DNA of 64,000 nucleotides from Planctomycetota bacterium. GTDB taxonomy: Bacteria > Planctomycetota > UBA8108 > SXIK01. Positions 9,202-17,551 of this stretch are shown here, piece by piece (position 1 is the first letter of the stretch; every line of letters starts with the position of its first letter). The stretch is taken from positions 4,608,001-4,672,000 of the forward strand of contig CBDCXR010000004.1 of assembly GCA_965223845.1 (NCBI GenBank). Direction: 5' to 3'. The notes under the pieces are model-generated. The model saw only the letters and a list, made by a program, of their open reading frames with translations, had not been told where the DNA came from and did not search any database. Position numbers and translations under genes: made by a program.

Positions 9202-10532
9202 CAAAACAAACCGAGGACGGGCTTCCCCTCGACGACTCGATGCGGCCGTCCGTTCATGTCGTGGACCACGGTCTCTGATGACATTCCGAGCGCGTGGTAG
9301 ATCGTCGCGACGAAGTCCGTGACGTAGACGGGGTCGTCGACCGGTTCCGCGCCATCCCGATCCGACGATCCCCACACCTGGCCGCCGCGCACCCCACCCC
9401 CAGCGAGGACCGTGCTGTAGACGTTTCCCCAGTGGTCGCGGCCCGCCTTCTTATTGATCTTCGGCGTCCGCCCGAACTCTCCCGTCCACGCAACGAGAGT
9501 TTCGTCGAGCAATCCGCGGTCGTCGAGATCTTCGAGGAGAGCGGAGAAGGCGCGGTCGAGGGTCGGAAGCAGTAGGTCCTTCATGACGGTGAAGTGCTTC
9601 TCGTGCGTGTCGAAGTTCTTCGTCGAGTGTAGGAACGTCCACGGCACGGTGACGAGTCCCACTCCGGCTTCGATGAGCCTCCTCGCGACGAGACAACTTC
9701 GGCCGAATTTGTTGTCGCCGTAGCGCTCGACCGTCGTGGCGTTCTCATCGTCGATGGCGAACGCGCTCCACGCATTCGACCGAGCCGAGAGGATCTCGAG
9801 CGCTTGACGTCTGAACCGCTGCGAATCGCGCACCGCATCGCCCGGTGGATCGATCGCTCGAGACTCGAGCGCCCGGAGAAGACGCGCTCGGTCGCGGCGC
9901 CGCTCGGCTCCGATCTCGGGCGACGGCTCGAACGAAGGGAGCAAGGTGCCCGGCGTCCAGGTCTCGTCGATCAGCATGAGCGGATCGTACTTCGGACCGA
10001 GATACCCCGCATGCTGGCCCGCCCACTGAAAGTTGTTCTGGTCACCGATCCGCACTGGGAGCTGGACCGCACCCGGGAGATCACCGCGGTCGCCGAGGAC
10101 CTGCCGGATCACCGAGCCGACCGACGGGGGATCCTTCCGGGACGCCTGCGGCTCACCGCGGGGGCGCGGTGCGTGCTTCAGCCCCGTGAGGTTGTAGTGA
10201 ACGCCGACGCCGTGGAGGGAGCTCTCGTGATGGACCGAACGAAGGATCGCGTAGCGATGCGCCGAGCGGGCGAGACGCGGAAGATGCTCGCAGATGCGAA
10301 TGCCGGGGACGGACGTCTCGATCGCCGCGAACTCGCCCCGCGCACCATCCGAAGCCTCCGGCTTCGGATCGAACGTCTCCTGCTGCGCCGGCCCGCCCGT
10401 CCCGTAGAGCAGGATGCAGCTCTTCGCACGGCCACCACCCGCGGCCGGGGCAGCTCGACTCTGCAGGACGCCCGGAAGATGGAGGCCGAGGGCACCGATC
10501 GTGCCGACTTGGAGAAACGTGCGGCGACGCAT
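9201..10532 (-). CDS. DUF1501 family protein with Tat signal
   Basis: MRRRTFLQ; AKSCILLY-GGP-QQETFDPKP; FGRSCLVARRLIEAGV; GEFGRTPKIN; GRDHW. Confidence 0.92.
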   Translation of the reverse strand: MRRRTFLQVGTIGALGLHLPGVLQSRAAPAAGGGRAKSCILLYGTGGPAQQETFDPKPEASDGARGEFAAIETSVPGIRICEHLPRLARSAHRYAILRSVHHESSLHGVGVHYNLTGLKHAPRPRGEPQASRKDPPSVGSVIRQVLGDRGDLPGAVQLPVRIGDQNNFQWAGQHAGYLGPKYDPLMLIDETWTPGTLLPSFEPSPEIGAERRRDRARLLRALESRAIDPPGDAVRDSQRFRRQALEILSARSNAWSAFAIDDENATTVERYGDNKFGRSCLVARRLIEAGVGLVTVPWTFLHSTKNFDTHEKHFTVMKDLLLPTLDRAFSALLEDLDDRGLLDETLVAWTGEFGRTPKINKKAGRDHWGNVYSTVLAGGGVRGGQVWGSSDRDGAEPVDDPVYVTDFVATIYHALGMSSETVVHDMNGRPHRVVEGKPVLGLF

Positions 10533-10706
10533 GGACGGCTCCGTCGAACGGCAGTTGACTCGCTCGCCATCCTTCCTAGCGCTTCCGTGCGGCGCAAGAG
10601 GAATCCTTTTCGGAGCCGGAGGGAGATCGGTATGCGTTCGACTGTTCTCGAACGTCCTCAAACGCGATAGGCTTGCGAGAGGCCTTCGAGCCGATCCGCG
10701 ACCGCG

Positions 10707-10722
10707 TGGAACATGGTTTGCA
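10707..10722 (+). promoter_or_regulatory. Putative sigma54 (-24/-12) promoter of the site-2 protease gene
   Basis: TGGAACATGGTTTGCA = GG-N10-GC with TTGCA, ending 14 nt before the ATG. Confidence 0.65.
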
Positions 10723-10736
10723 CCGGATGATCTCGC

Positions 10737-11888
10737 ATGTTTCGTCACGCGATTCGTCTTCCCTTTCGCCTCCTCGGGATTCCGATCCGTCTCGATCTAT
10801 CGCTCGTCATCATCCTTCCGCTTCTCGCTTGGAGCATCGGCAGCAATCTCGAGCTCTACGCAAAGACGTTTAAGCTCGACATCCCGCTAGAGCCACTTCA
10901 GCGAGGCAGCGTCCCCTTTTATATCGGGCTGGGGGGCGCGGTCGGGCTCTTTGTCAGCGTCCTCATCCACGAGCTCGGGCACTCGGCAGTCGGTCGCTTC
11001 TACGGCCTCGAGATCAAGAGCATCACCCTCTGGCTTCTCGGCGGTGTCGCCGAGTTCAAGCAGATGCCGCGGCACGGAGGAATCGAAGCGATCATCGCGA
11101 TCGCTGGTCCGCTCACGAGCTACGCGCTCGGCGGAGTGTGCTGGGGTCTCCTCGCCACGACGCCGCCCGATGCGCCTGCGATGCAGTTCATCTTCACCTA
11201 CCTCATGTGGATGAACGTCGTCCTCGCCACGTTCAACCTGCTCCCCGCGCTGCCGCTCGACGGGGGGCGCGTACTCCGGTCGCTACTCGCTCTCCGGACG
11301 AGTTACCTGCGCGCCACCCTCTCGGCCGCGGCGATCAGCAAAGGCATCGCGTTCGCGCTCGGCCTCTTCGGATTTCTCTCGGGGAACCTCTTTCTCGTCC
11401 TCATCGCGTTCTTCGTCTACATGGCGGGCGCCGCCGAGGCGCAGATGGCGACAGCGGCGAGTCTTCTCCAAGGGATCCGGGTGCGAGACCTCATGACGAC
11501 AGAAGTCAAGACGATCGCCGCAAACACCACGGTTGCGGACCTCATCGAGCAGATGCTTTCCGACGGCCCGCTCGCGTACCCGGTCGTCGGAAACGCCGGA
11601 GACGTTCAGGGAATTGTCTCGCTGCGTGATCTTCAGAGAGATCGCGAACTCGCTGCGACGGACGGAGCGACTCCCGTCACGGCGATCATGAGGACGGAAT
11701 ACGAGTCGATCGCGCCGGACGCCGACGCCATGGATGCGTTCCGCCAGATCGCGCAGAACGAGATCGGAAGAATCCTCGTCGAGGACGAGCGCGGTGGTCT
11801 CGCGGGGATCATCAGCAAGACGGACCTCGTACGCGCCGTGCAGGTCCGGCTCGTCGGGCAGACGCTCGGTGGGTACGGGGGCTACTGA
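10737..11888 (+). CDS. Site-2 protease (M50) with tandem CBS domains
   Basis: HELGH, IAIAGP, FNLLPALPLDGG; C-terminal CBS pair. Confidence 0.95.
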   Translation: MFRHAIRLPFRLLGIPIRLDLSLVIILPLLAWSIGSNLELYAKTFKLDIPLEPLQRGSVPFYIGLGGAVGLFVSVLIHELGHSAVGRFYGLEIKSITLWLLGGVAEFKQMPRHGGIEAIIAIAGPLTSYALGGVCWGLLATTPPDAPAMQFIFTYLMWMNVVLATFNLLPALPLDGGRVLRSLLALRTSYLRATLSAAAISKGIAFALGLFGFLSGNLFLVLIAFFVYMAGAAEAQMATAASLLQGIRVRDLMTTEVKTIAANTTVADLIEQMLSDGPLAYPVVGNAGDVQGIVSLRDLQRDRELAATDGATPVTAIMRTEYESIAPDADAMDAFRQIAQNEIGRILVEDERGGLAGIISKTDLVRAVQVRLVGQTLGGYGGY

Positions 11889-14335
11889 GCGACCGCGCCG
11901 GAGTTTCGAGGTCGGCGTCGTAACCTCTTCTCCACTTCGAGTACGCGGAGCGTCGTTTTCAGCACGGTGTCGGGGTTGAGACTCATCGAGTCGATCGCCT
12001 GCTCGACGAGGAACTCGGCGATCTCCGGGTAGTCGGACGGCGCCTGCCCGCAGATCCCGCAGTGGCGACCACTTCGCCGGGCGCCTTCGATCGCTTGGCG
12101 AATGAGCGCGAGCACGCCCGGATCGCGCTCGTCGAAGTCGAACGCAACTTGCTCGGAATCGCGATCGACGCCGAGAGTGAGCTGCGTGAGGTCGTTCGAT
12201 CCGATCGAGAAACCGTCGAAGATCTCGGCGAACGCGTCGACCTGGACGACATTGTTGGGGATCTCGCACATCACATAGACTTCGAGACCGTTTTCTCCCC
12301 GGCGGAGACCGTTTCGGGCGAGCTCCTCGAGTACCTTCTTACCTTCGTCGACCCGCCGGCAGAAGGGAACCATGAGCTTCACGTTCCTGAGCCCCATGTC
12401 GTCGCGGACGCGGCGGAGCGCCGCGCATTCGAGCGCGAAGCCTTCGGAATACGCCGGGTGTGCGTACCGTGACGCGCCGCGGAATCCGATCATAGGGTTG
12501 CTTTCGACCGGCTCGAAAGCGCTTCCGCCGAGAAGCCCGGCGTACTCGTTCGTTTTGAAGTCGGAAAGGCGCACGACAACTGGACGCGGGTAGAACGCGG
12601 CCGCGATCATGCCGACGCCCTCGGACAACTTCTCGACGAAAAACTCGGCCGGCGTAGTGTAGAGCCGAGTCAGCTCCTCGACCGCTTCGCGTTCAGCGGG
12701 GTCGAGGACGCGCTCGGGATGGACGAGCGCCATCGGATGCGCGCGGATCGATTCCGAGATGATGAACTCGACGCGAGCGAGCCCGACGCCGTCCGAAGGG
12801 AGGCGACTCGTACTGAAGGCGAGCGCGGGATTCCCGAGATTGACGAGGATTTCCGTCGCGGGTCGCTCGAGACCCGCGAGGTCGATCTGCTCGACGTCGA
12901 ACGGCACTTCACCCGAATAGACCTTACCGACGTCGCCTTCCGCACACGAAACGGTCACTATGTCGCCGGGGCGCATGCGCTCGGTCGCGTCCTCGGCACC
13001 GACGACCGCGGGGATGCCGAGCTCGCGCGCAACGATCGCGGCGTGACACGTACGCCCCCCGCGGTTCGTCACGATCGCCGCCGCGCGCTGGAGGACCGGC
13101 TCCCAGTCGGGAGTCGTCGCGTCTGCGACGAGAACGTCCCCCGTCTCGAACTGATGGAGATTCTGCGCGTTCGCGATGGCTCGCACGGGTCCGGTCGCGA
13201 CTTTCTCGCCGACGGCGCGGCCCGTCACGATGACGGGAGCCGAACCGCGTACGACGTACTCTTCGAGAACCGCCGCGTCTCGCTGCGACACGACCGTCTC
13301 GGGACGGGCCTGGACGAGGTAGAGTTTTCCGTCGATGCCGTCCTTCGCCCACTCCATGTCCATCGGTTGATCGCGGTCCGCTTTCTCCGAGTAGTGCTCC
13401 TCGACGCGAATCGCGTAGTCCGCGAGCGCGAGAACCTCGTCGTCGCGAATCGAGTACTGTTCGCGCTCGTACCGAGATGTCGGCACGTTTCGGGTCGGCT
13501 CGCGTGTGCGTCCGTGCGAGTAGATCATTTTGATCTTCTTCTCGCCGAGGACACGGCGAAGGACGCAGCGGTAACCCTCGCGGAACGTCGGCTTGTGGAC
13601 GTAGAACTCATCGGGGTCGACGCTTCCCTGAACGACGTTCTCGCCGAGACCGTACGCGCTCGTGATCAACACCGCGTCCCGGTAGCCCGATTCGGTGTCG
13701 ATCGAGAACATGACGCCGCTCGATGCAAGATCCGAGCGAACCATGCGCTGGACTCCGATCGAGAGCGCGACGTCGAAGTGGTCGAAGCCCTGATCGATGC
13801 GGTAGTGAATCGCGCGATCGGTGAAGAGGCTCGCGAAACATCGGCGGCACGCGTCGAGGAGCGCGGTGTCGCCGCGCACGTTGAGGTAGGTGTCCTGTTG
13901 GCCGGCGAAGCTCGCGCTCGGAAGATCTTCCGCGGTTGCCGAGCTCCGCACGGCCACGCTGAGGTCGGAGCCGTAGGTCTCCTCCAGTCGATGGTACGCG
14001 CGGAGAATGTCCCGGCGGATTTCTTCGGGGAGCTCCACGGCGAGAACGATCTCTCGCGCGGCCCTCCCGCGTTCGGCGAGATCCTGGACGTCGCTCGGGT
14101 CGAGGCCTGCGAGCGCATCACGGAGGCGCGGAAGCGCGCGCGCTCGCTCGAGGGCGCATCGGTACGCCTCCGCCGTCACCGCGAACCCGTCCGGGACGAG
14201 AACGCCGCGGGGAGTGAGCTCGCGGTACATCTCGCCGAGCGAAGCGTTCTTCCCGCCCACCAGCGAGACGTCGTCGATCGTGAGCTCTTCGAAGCGGCGG
14301 GTGAACATCCTTCCGGTCGCACTCGATCCAGGCAT
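11882..14335 (-). CDS. ppsA: Phosphoenolpyruvate synthase
   Basis: VGGKNASLGEM, AVRSSATAED, GGRTCHAAIVARELG, SDFKTNEY, FSIGSNDLTQL; alternative start at 14308. Confidence 0.97.
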   Translation of the reverse strand: MPGSSATGRMFTRRFEELTIDDVSLVGGKNASLGEMYRELTPRGVLVPDGFAVTAEAYRCALERARALPRLRDALAGLDPSDVQDLAERGRAAREIVLAVELPEEIRRDILRAYHRLEETYGSDLSVAVRSSATAEDLPSASFAGQQDTYLNVRGDTALLDACRRCFASLFTDRAIHYRIDQGFDHFDVALSIGVQRMVRSDLASSGVMFSIDTESGYRDAVLITSAYGLGENVVQGSVDPDEFYVHKPTFREGYRCVLRRVLGEKKIKMIYSHGRTREPTRNVPTSRYEREQYSIRDDEVLALADYAIRVEEHYSEKADRDQPMDMEWAKDGIDGKLYLVQARPETVVSQRDAAVLEEYVVRGSAPVIVTGRAVGEKVATGPVRAIANAQNLHQFETGDVLVADATTPDWEPVLQRAAAIVTNRGGRTCHAAIVARELGIPAVVGAEDATERMRPGDIVTVSCAEGDVGKVYSGEVPFDVEQIDLAGLERPATEILVNLGNPALAFSTSRLPSDGVGLARVEFIISESIRAHPMALVHPERVLDPAEREAVEELTRLYTTPAEFFVEKLSEGVGMIAAAFYPRPVVVRLSDFKTNEYAGLLGGSAFEPVESNPMIGFRGASRYAHPAYSEGFALECAALRRVRDDMGLRNVKLMVPFCRRVDEGKKVLEELARNGLRRGENGLEVYVMCEIPNNVVQVDAFAEIFDGFSIGSNDLTQLTLGVDRDSEQVAFDFDERDPGVLALIRQAIEGARRSGRHCGICGQAPSDYPEIAEFLVEQAIDSMSLNPDTVLKTTLRVLEVEKRLRRRPRNSGAVAQ

Positions 14336-14347
14336 CGATCGAAACCG

Positions 14348-14809
14348 TTACGGATACGGATAGTAGAGGTCGTCGTGTCGCTTGATCTTGTAGCGATCTT
14401 GGAGGAATGCGACGACGTCGATGAGCTGCTGGACGGTCATCGCCTGATTGAAGTTCGGCATCTTCGATTTGCCGTCCTCCGAGACTTTCTCCTTCGGCTC
14501 GCCCCTCTTGAGAGTGTGCGAAGGATTGATGACGGCCGTCACAAGCTCACCGTAGGTTTTGATTCGGCTCACTTCGCCACCGAGAGAAACCTTGGATTCA
14601 ACACTTCCGTCGACGGCGGGAAGCTCGCGACCGAACACCGTGTGGCAACTGTGACAGTTGAGGGCGACGAATGTCGCCTCTCCCGTCGAGACGTCACCGT
14701 CGGGAAGTCGAAATCCTCGCGCCGACTTTTTCCCGCTGCACCCGGAAGCGAATGCGAACGTGATCGTCACTCCCGCGCAGAGGACGAAGAAAACGCGTGC
14801 GAACTTCAT
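14348..14809 (-). CDS. Monoheme cytochrome c lipoprotein (SoxX-like fold)
   Basis: Lipobox ASGC; CHSCH; distal SKMPNF Met ligand. Confidence 0.85.
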   Translation of the reverse strand: MKFARVFFVLCAGVTITFAFASGCSGKKSARGFRLPDGDVSTGEATFVALNCHSCHTVFGRELPAVDGSVESKVSLGGEVSRIKTYGELVTAVINPSHTLKRGEPKEKVSEDGKSKMPNFNQAMTVQQLIDVVAFLQDRYKIKRHDDLYYPYP

Positions 14810-15315
14810 GAGACCAGCTCCTTCTCAGGCTCGATCGCGACCGATTCGCAGGTGCACTCCCGTTCGGGGCACCGACAGATCGCGACGAGCGTGTCCGAAA
14901 CTTCCTCGGCGGAAACGCTCGGCCTCCGCGCCCCCCGATCGTGATCTGCTCGGAGAACGAGATCGCGAAGCGAGAGAATTCCGACGAGGTGGCCATCGCG
15001 GCTCGTGACGGGAAGGCGGCGAACTTGCGCCTCCTTCATCGTCTGTTCGGCGTCTTGAAGACTCTCCTCGGGGTGGCAACACGAGAGCTGCGTCGCCATG
15101 ACTGACCAGACGGGGATTTCGTCGAGACGCTTCCCTTGGGTGTACGCCGCCATACAGATATCGCGATCGGTGAGCATGCCGACGAGCTCCGTCCCGTCCC
15201 GGCAGACCGGTACGCACCCACAGTCGCGCTCCCACAGAATCTGGGCGGCACAGTTGAGTGAATCCTCCGGGTGACATGAGGAGACATCGCGCGTCATAAG
15301 TTCGGAAACTTGCAT
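14806..15315 (-). CDS. Cys-rich CBS-domain protein
   Basis: GGAGGGAGG RBS; LVGMLTDRDIC, QVRRLPV, LVGILSLRDL; C-terminal CRCPERECTC. Confidence 0.9.
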   Translation of the reverse strand: MQVSELMTRDVSSCHPEDSLNCAAQILWERDCGCVPVCRDGTELVGMLTDRDICMAAYTQGKRLDEIPVWSVMATQLSCCHPEESLQDAEQTMKEAQVRRLPVTSRDGHLVGILSLRDLVLRADHDRGARRPSVSAEEVSDTLVAICRCPERECTCESVAIEPEKELVS

Positions 15316-15374
15316 CGGTCCTCCCTCCATGTGTATCGCAGCGCCCCACGCGGCTGCGGCGGGAGAAACGAGAG

Positions 15375-15390
15375 AGCAAAGGGTGTTCCA
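15375..15390 (-). promoter_or_regulatory. Putative sigma54 promoter of the CBS-cytochrome c-ppsA operon
   Basis: Minus strand reads TGGAACACCCTTTGCT (GG-N10-GC). Confidence 0.7.
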
Positions 15391-15495
15391 TCGACGCCTG
15401 TCCGCGGTGATCGACGAATCGAACCGCGAGGATCTCATTCACTGCGTCTCGCGACGACGCGAAGAGCCACGAAAAATCCCCCTGCACTCGAGGAA

Positions 15496-16104
15496 TTACC
15501 CGATGGGCGGCCCAGAACGGAGCCCGGAACGCGGCACAAATCGCGGTACCCGGCTCGCGTACTCCCGGTACGCGTCCCCGAAACGAGCACGAAGCTCGCG
15601 CTCTTCGAGCTTCGCGATGACGAAAACGGCGGGGACGCTCAGCGCGAAGGCTACGTAGGCTGCGGCGTAGTTGCTGAAAAGAGAGAACGCGAGGACCACG
15701 ACGATGAGCTGCACGTATCGCGGGTGGCGGATTCGCGAATAGATGCCGGTCGTGACGAGCTCCGACGGGTTCGCTCGCTGCTCGAGCTCGGTCGAGCCGA
15801 CGAGCGTCCGGAGGGGTATCTCGCGCGCGATCGCGCGACGAAGCAGCACGGAGACGATCAGAAGGAGCGCCGAGACGACGATCAAGACCGGGTTCGCGCC
15901 GAACTCGAGCGCGAGAAACACGTCCCGGGCGAAGTACACGATCGCCCCGACCGTCGCGACGAATGCGAGGTGAACGGCCAGCGCCAGCGAGCGGTTCACT
16001 CTCCGCCAAAAGACGATCCCGCCGTGCATCGAGAGCCAGTACACGAAAACCGCGGGGACGGCCGCGACGACGACGTAAGCGATCCAGAATCTTGCGGTGT
16101 CCAA
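15496..16104 (-). CDS. Isoprenylcysteine carboxylmethyltransferase / PEMT-family membrane methyltransferase
   Basis: LVTTGIYSRIRHPRY; EERELRARFGDAYREYASRVPRFVP; multiple TM helices; TTG start. Confidence 0.88.
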   Translation of the reverse strand: MDTARFWIAYVVVAAVPAVFVYWLSMHGGIVFWRRVNRSLALAVHLAFVATVGAIVYFARDVFLALEFGANPVLIVVSALLLIVSVLLRRAIAREIPLRTLVGSTELEQRANPSELVTTGIYSRIRHPRYVQLIVVVLAFSLFSNYAAAYVAFALSVPAVFVIAKLEERELRARFGDAYREYASRVPRFVPRSGLRSGPPIG

Positions 16105-16412
16105 GCTCAGCTCCGTAGAAGCAGCGTCATTACCGTCGATTCCCGAGGAGAATTTCGGCTTGCGAATCGCGTTCTCCCGACAGAGCTCTGGTCAGACGTC
16201 TGTTCCGCGTCGATGCGTCGTCGGGAATCGATCCCGACCCAGCGGAGCGAGACGGCGTTCCGGTCCGCGTCGAGTGCGCACCTCGTTCCCGCGGACAGAG
16301 TCGACGATGCTCTTCGCCGGGACTTGCGACCGGCCACGCCCCGCCTCATCCTACTCATGCCCGGCTTGTCGCTTCGAACCCCGATGCTGCCTTGCTTCTA
16401 CCTTAGGGGGTC

Positions 16413-17330
16413 GTGGTGCAGCCTCGGCGTATTCTTCCGGACGCGACGTATCTCATCACTCGGCGCTGCAGTGAACGGCGGTTTCTCCTTCGCCCCGAAG
16501 AGAAAGTGAACCGTGCCGTGCTCTACTGCCTCGCGTACGCGGCGGCAGAAACGGGTGTGGAGGTGCACGCGTTCGCGACTTTGTCGAATCACTACCATTT
16601 GGTGGTTACCGATCCGGCGGGGCGGATCCCGCGCTTTCTGCACCGACTCAATTCCCTCCTCGCGCGCTGCGTGAACTCTATGCGAGCGCGATTCGGCAGC
16701 CTGTTCGAGCCTTCGGGGCCGAGCTGCGTGCGGGCGATCGAGTCGGGGGACGTGGTCGGGCAGCTCGTCTACACCTACTGCAACCCGGTGTCGTCGGGGC
16801 TCGTTCCCGATGCCAAGGAGTGGCCGGGCGTGCGGAGCGACCCGAGCGACTTCGGGTCGACGCTCTACGCGGAGAGGCCCGAGTGGTTCTTTTCGGAGTT
16901 CATGCCGGACGAGGTTCCGCTCGAGATCACGCCGCCCCCTTGCTTTGCCGAGCGCGATCTCGGGGAGTTGATCGCGGACCTCGAGGCGCAAGTCGCCGAG
17001 CGCAATGCGAAGTGCAAAGCGGAGATCGAGAGTTCGGGAACAGGATTCCTCGGGATGCGGCGGGCGCGAAATCAGAGCCCCACCGACTCACCCCAGAGCT
17101 ACGAGAAGAAATGGAAGCTATCGCCAACCGTCCAGGCGAAGCGGCCTGCCGCGCGGATCAAAGAGATCCGAGAGCTCGTCACCTTTCGAAAACGCTATCG
17201 CGTGGCACTCGAGCAGTATCGCGACGGAGTGAACGACGTTCCCTTTCCGGCCGGAACCTACTGGATGCGGGTCTTTCACCGCCAGAAGTGTGAGCCGCTG
17301 ATCTCTGGAGCGGTACCGGCAGCTCCGTAG
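16413..17330 (+). mobile_element. RAYT-like HUH/Y1 tyrosine transposase (IS200/IS605 superfamily)
   Basis: TYLITRRC..RRFLL, HAFATLSNHYHLVV (HUH), YTYCNPVSSGLV (catalytic Tyr), C-terminal FPAGTY. Confidence 0.85.
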
Positions 17331-17551
17331 AAGGCTCGGGCGAGTTCGCTCCGGTCTCGAACGCACCAAGACCGGGTGCTTTGGCGGGGAACGAATGTCT
17401 GCCGGCCGACGGTCTGAATTGAGAATTGGTGCGCGGCGTGAGCCTTCTGTTGATTCGGCGGACGGCGGACGGGATCCCTGTCCCCCGGCCGTCGCGAAAC
17501 GCCCCAATACAATCTTTTATGATTACTCTTTTCTGGATGAACCCCGTTAGT

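Noticed and set aside
14348-14809. Sox sulfur-oxidation pathway
   Set aside because: Only a SoxX-like monoheme is present; no soxA, B, Y or Z.
12719-14944. Long antisense and alternate-frame ORFs (also 25716-27275, 37703-39406, 57454-58830 and others)
   Set aside because: Shadow ORFs of high-GC genes; Arg/Ala-rich with no motifs, opposite well-supported CDS.
16120-16135. Fifth sigma54 site in the stress island, CGGTAATGACGCTGCT before the methyltransferase gene
   Set aside because: Spacing fits, but both boxes deviate too much to separate from chance in GC-rich DNA.
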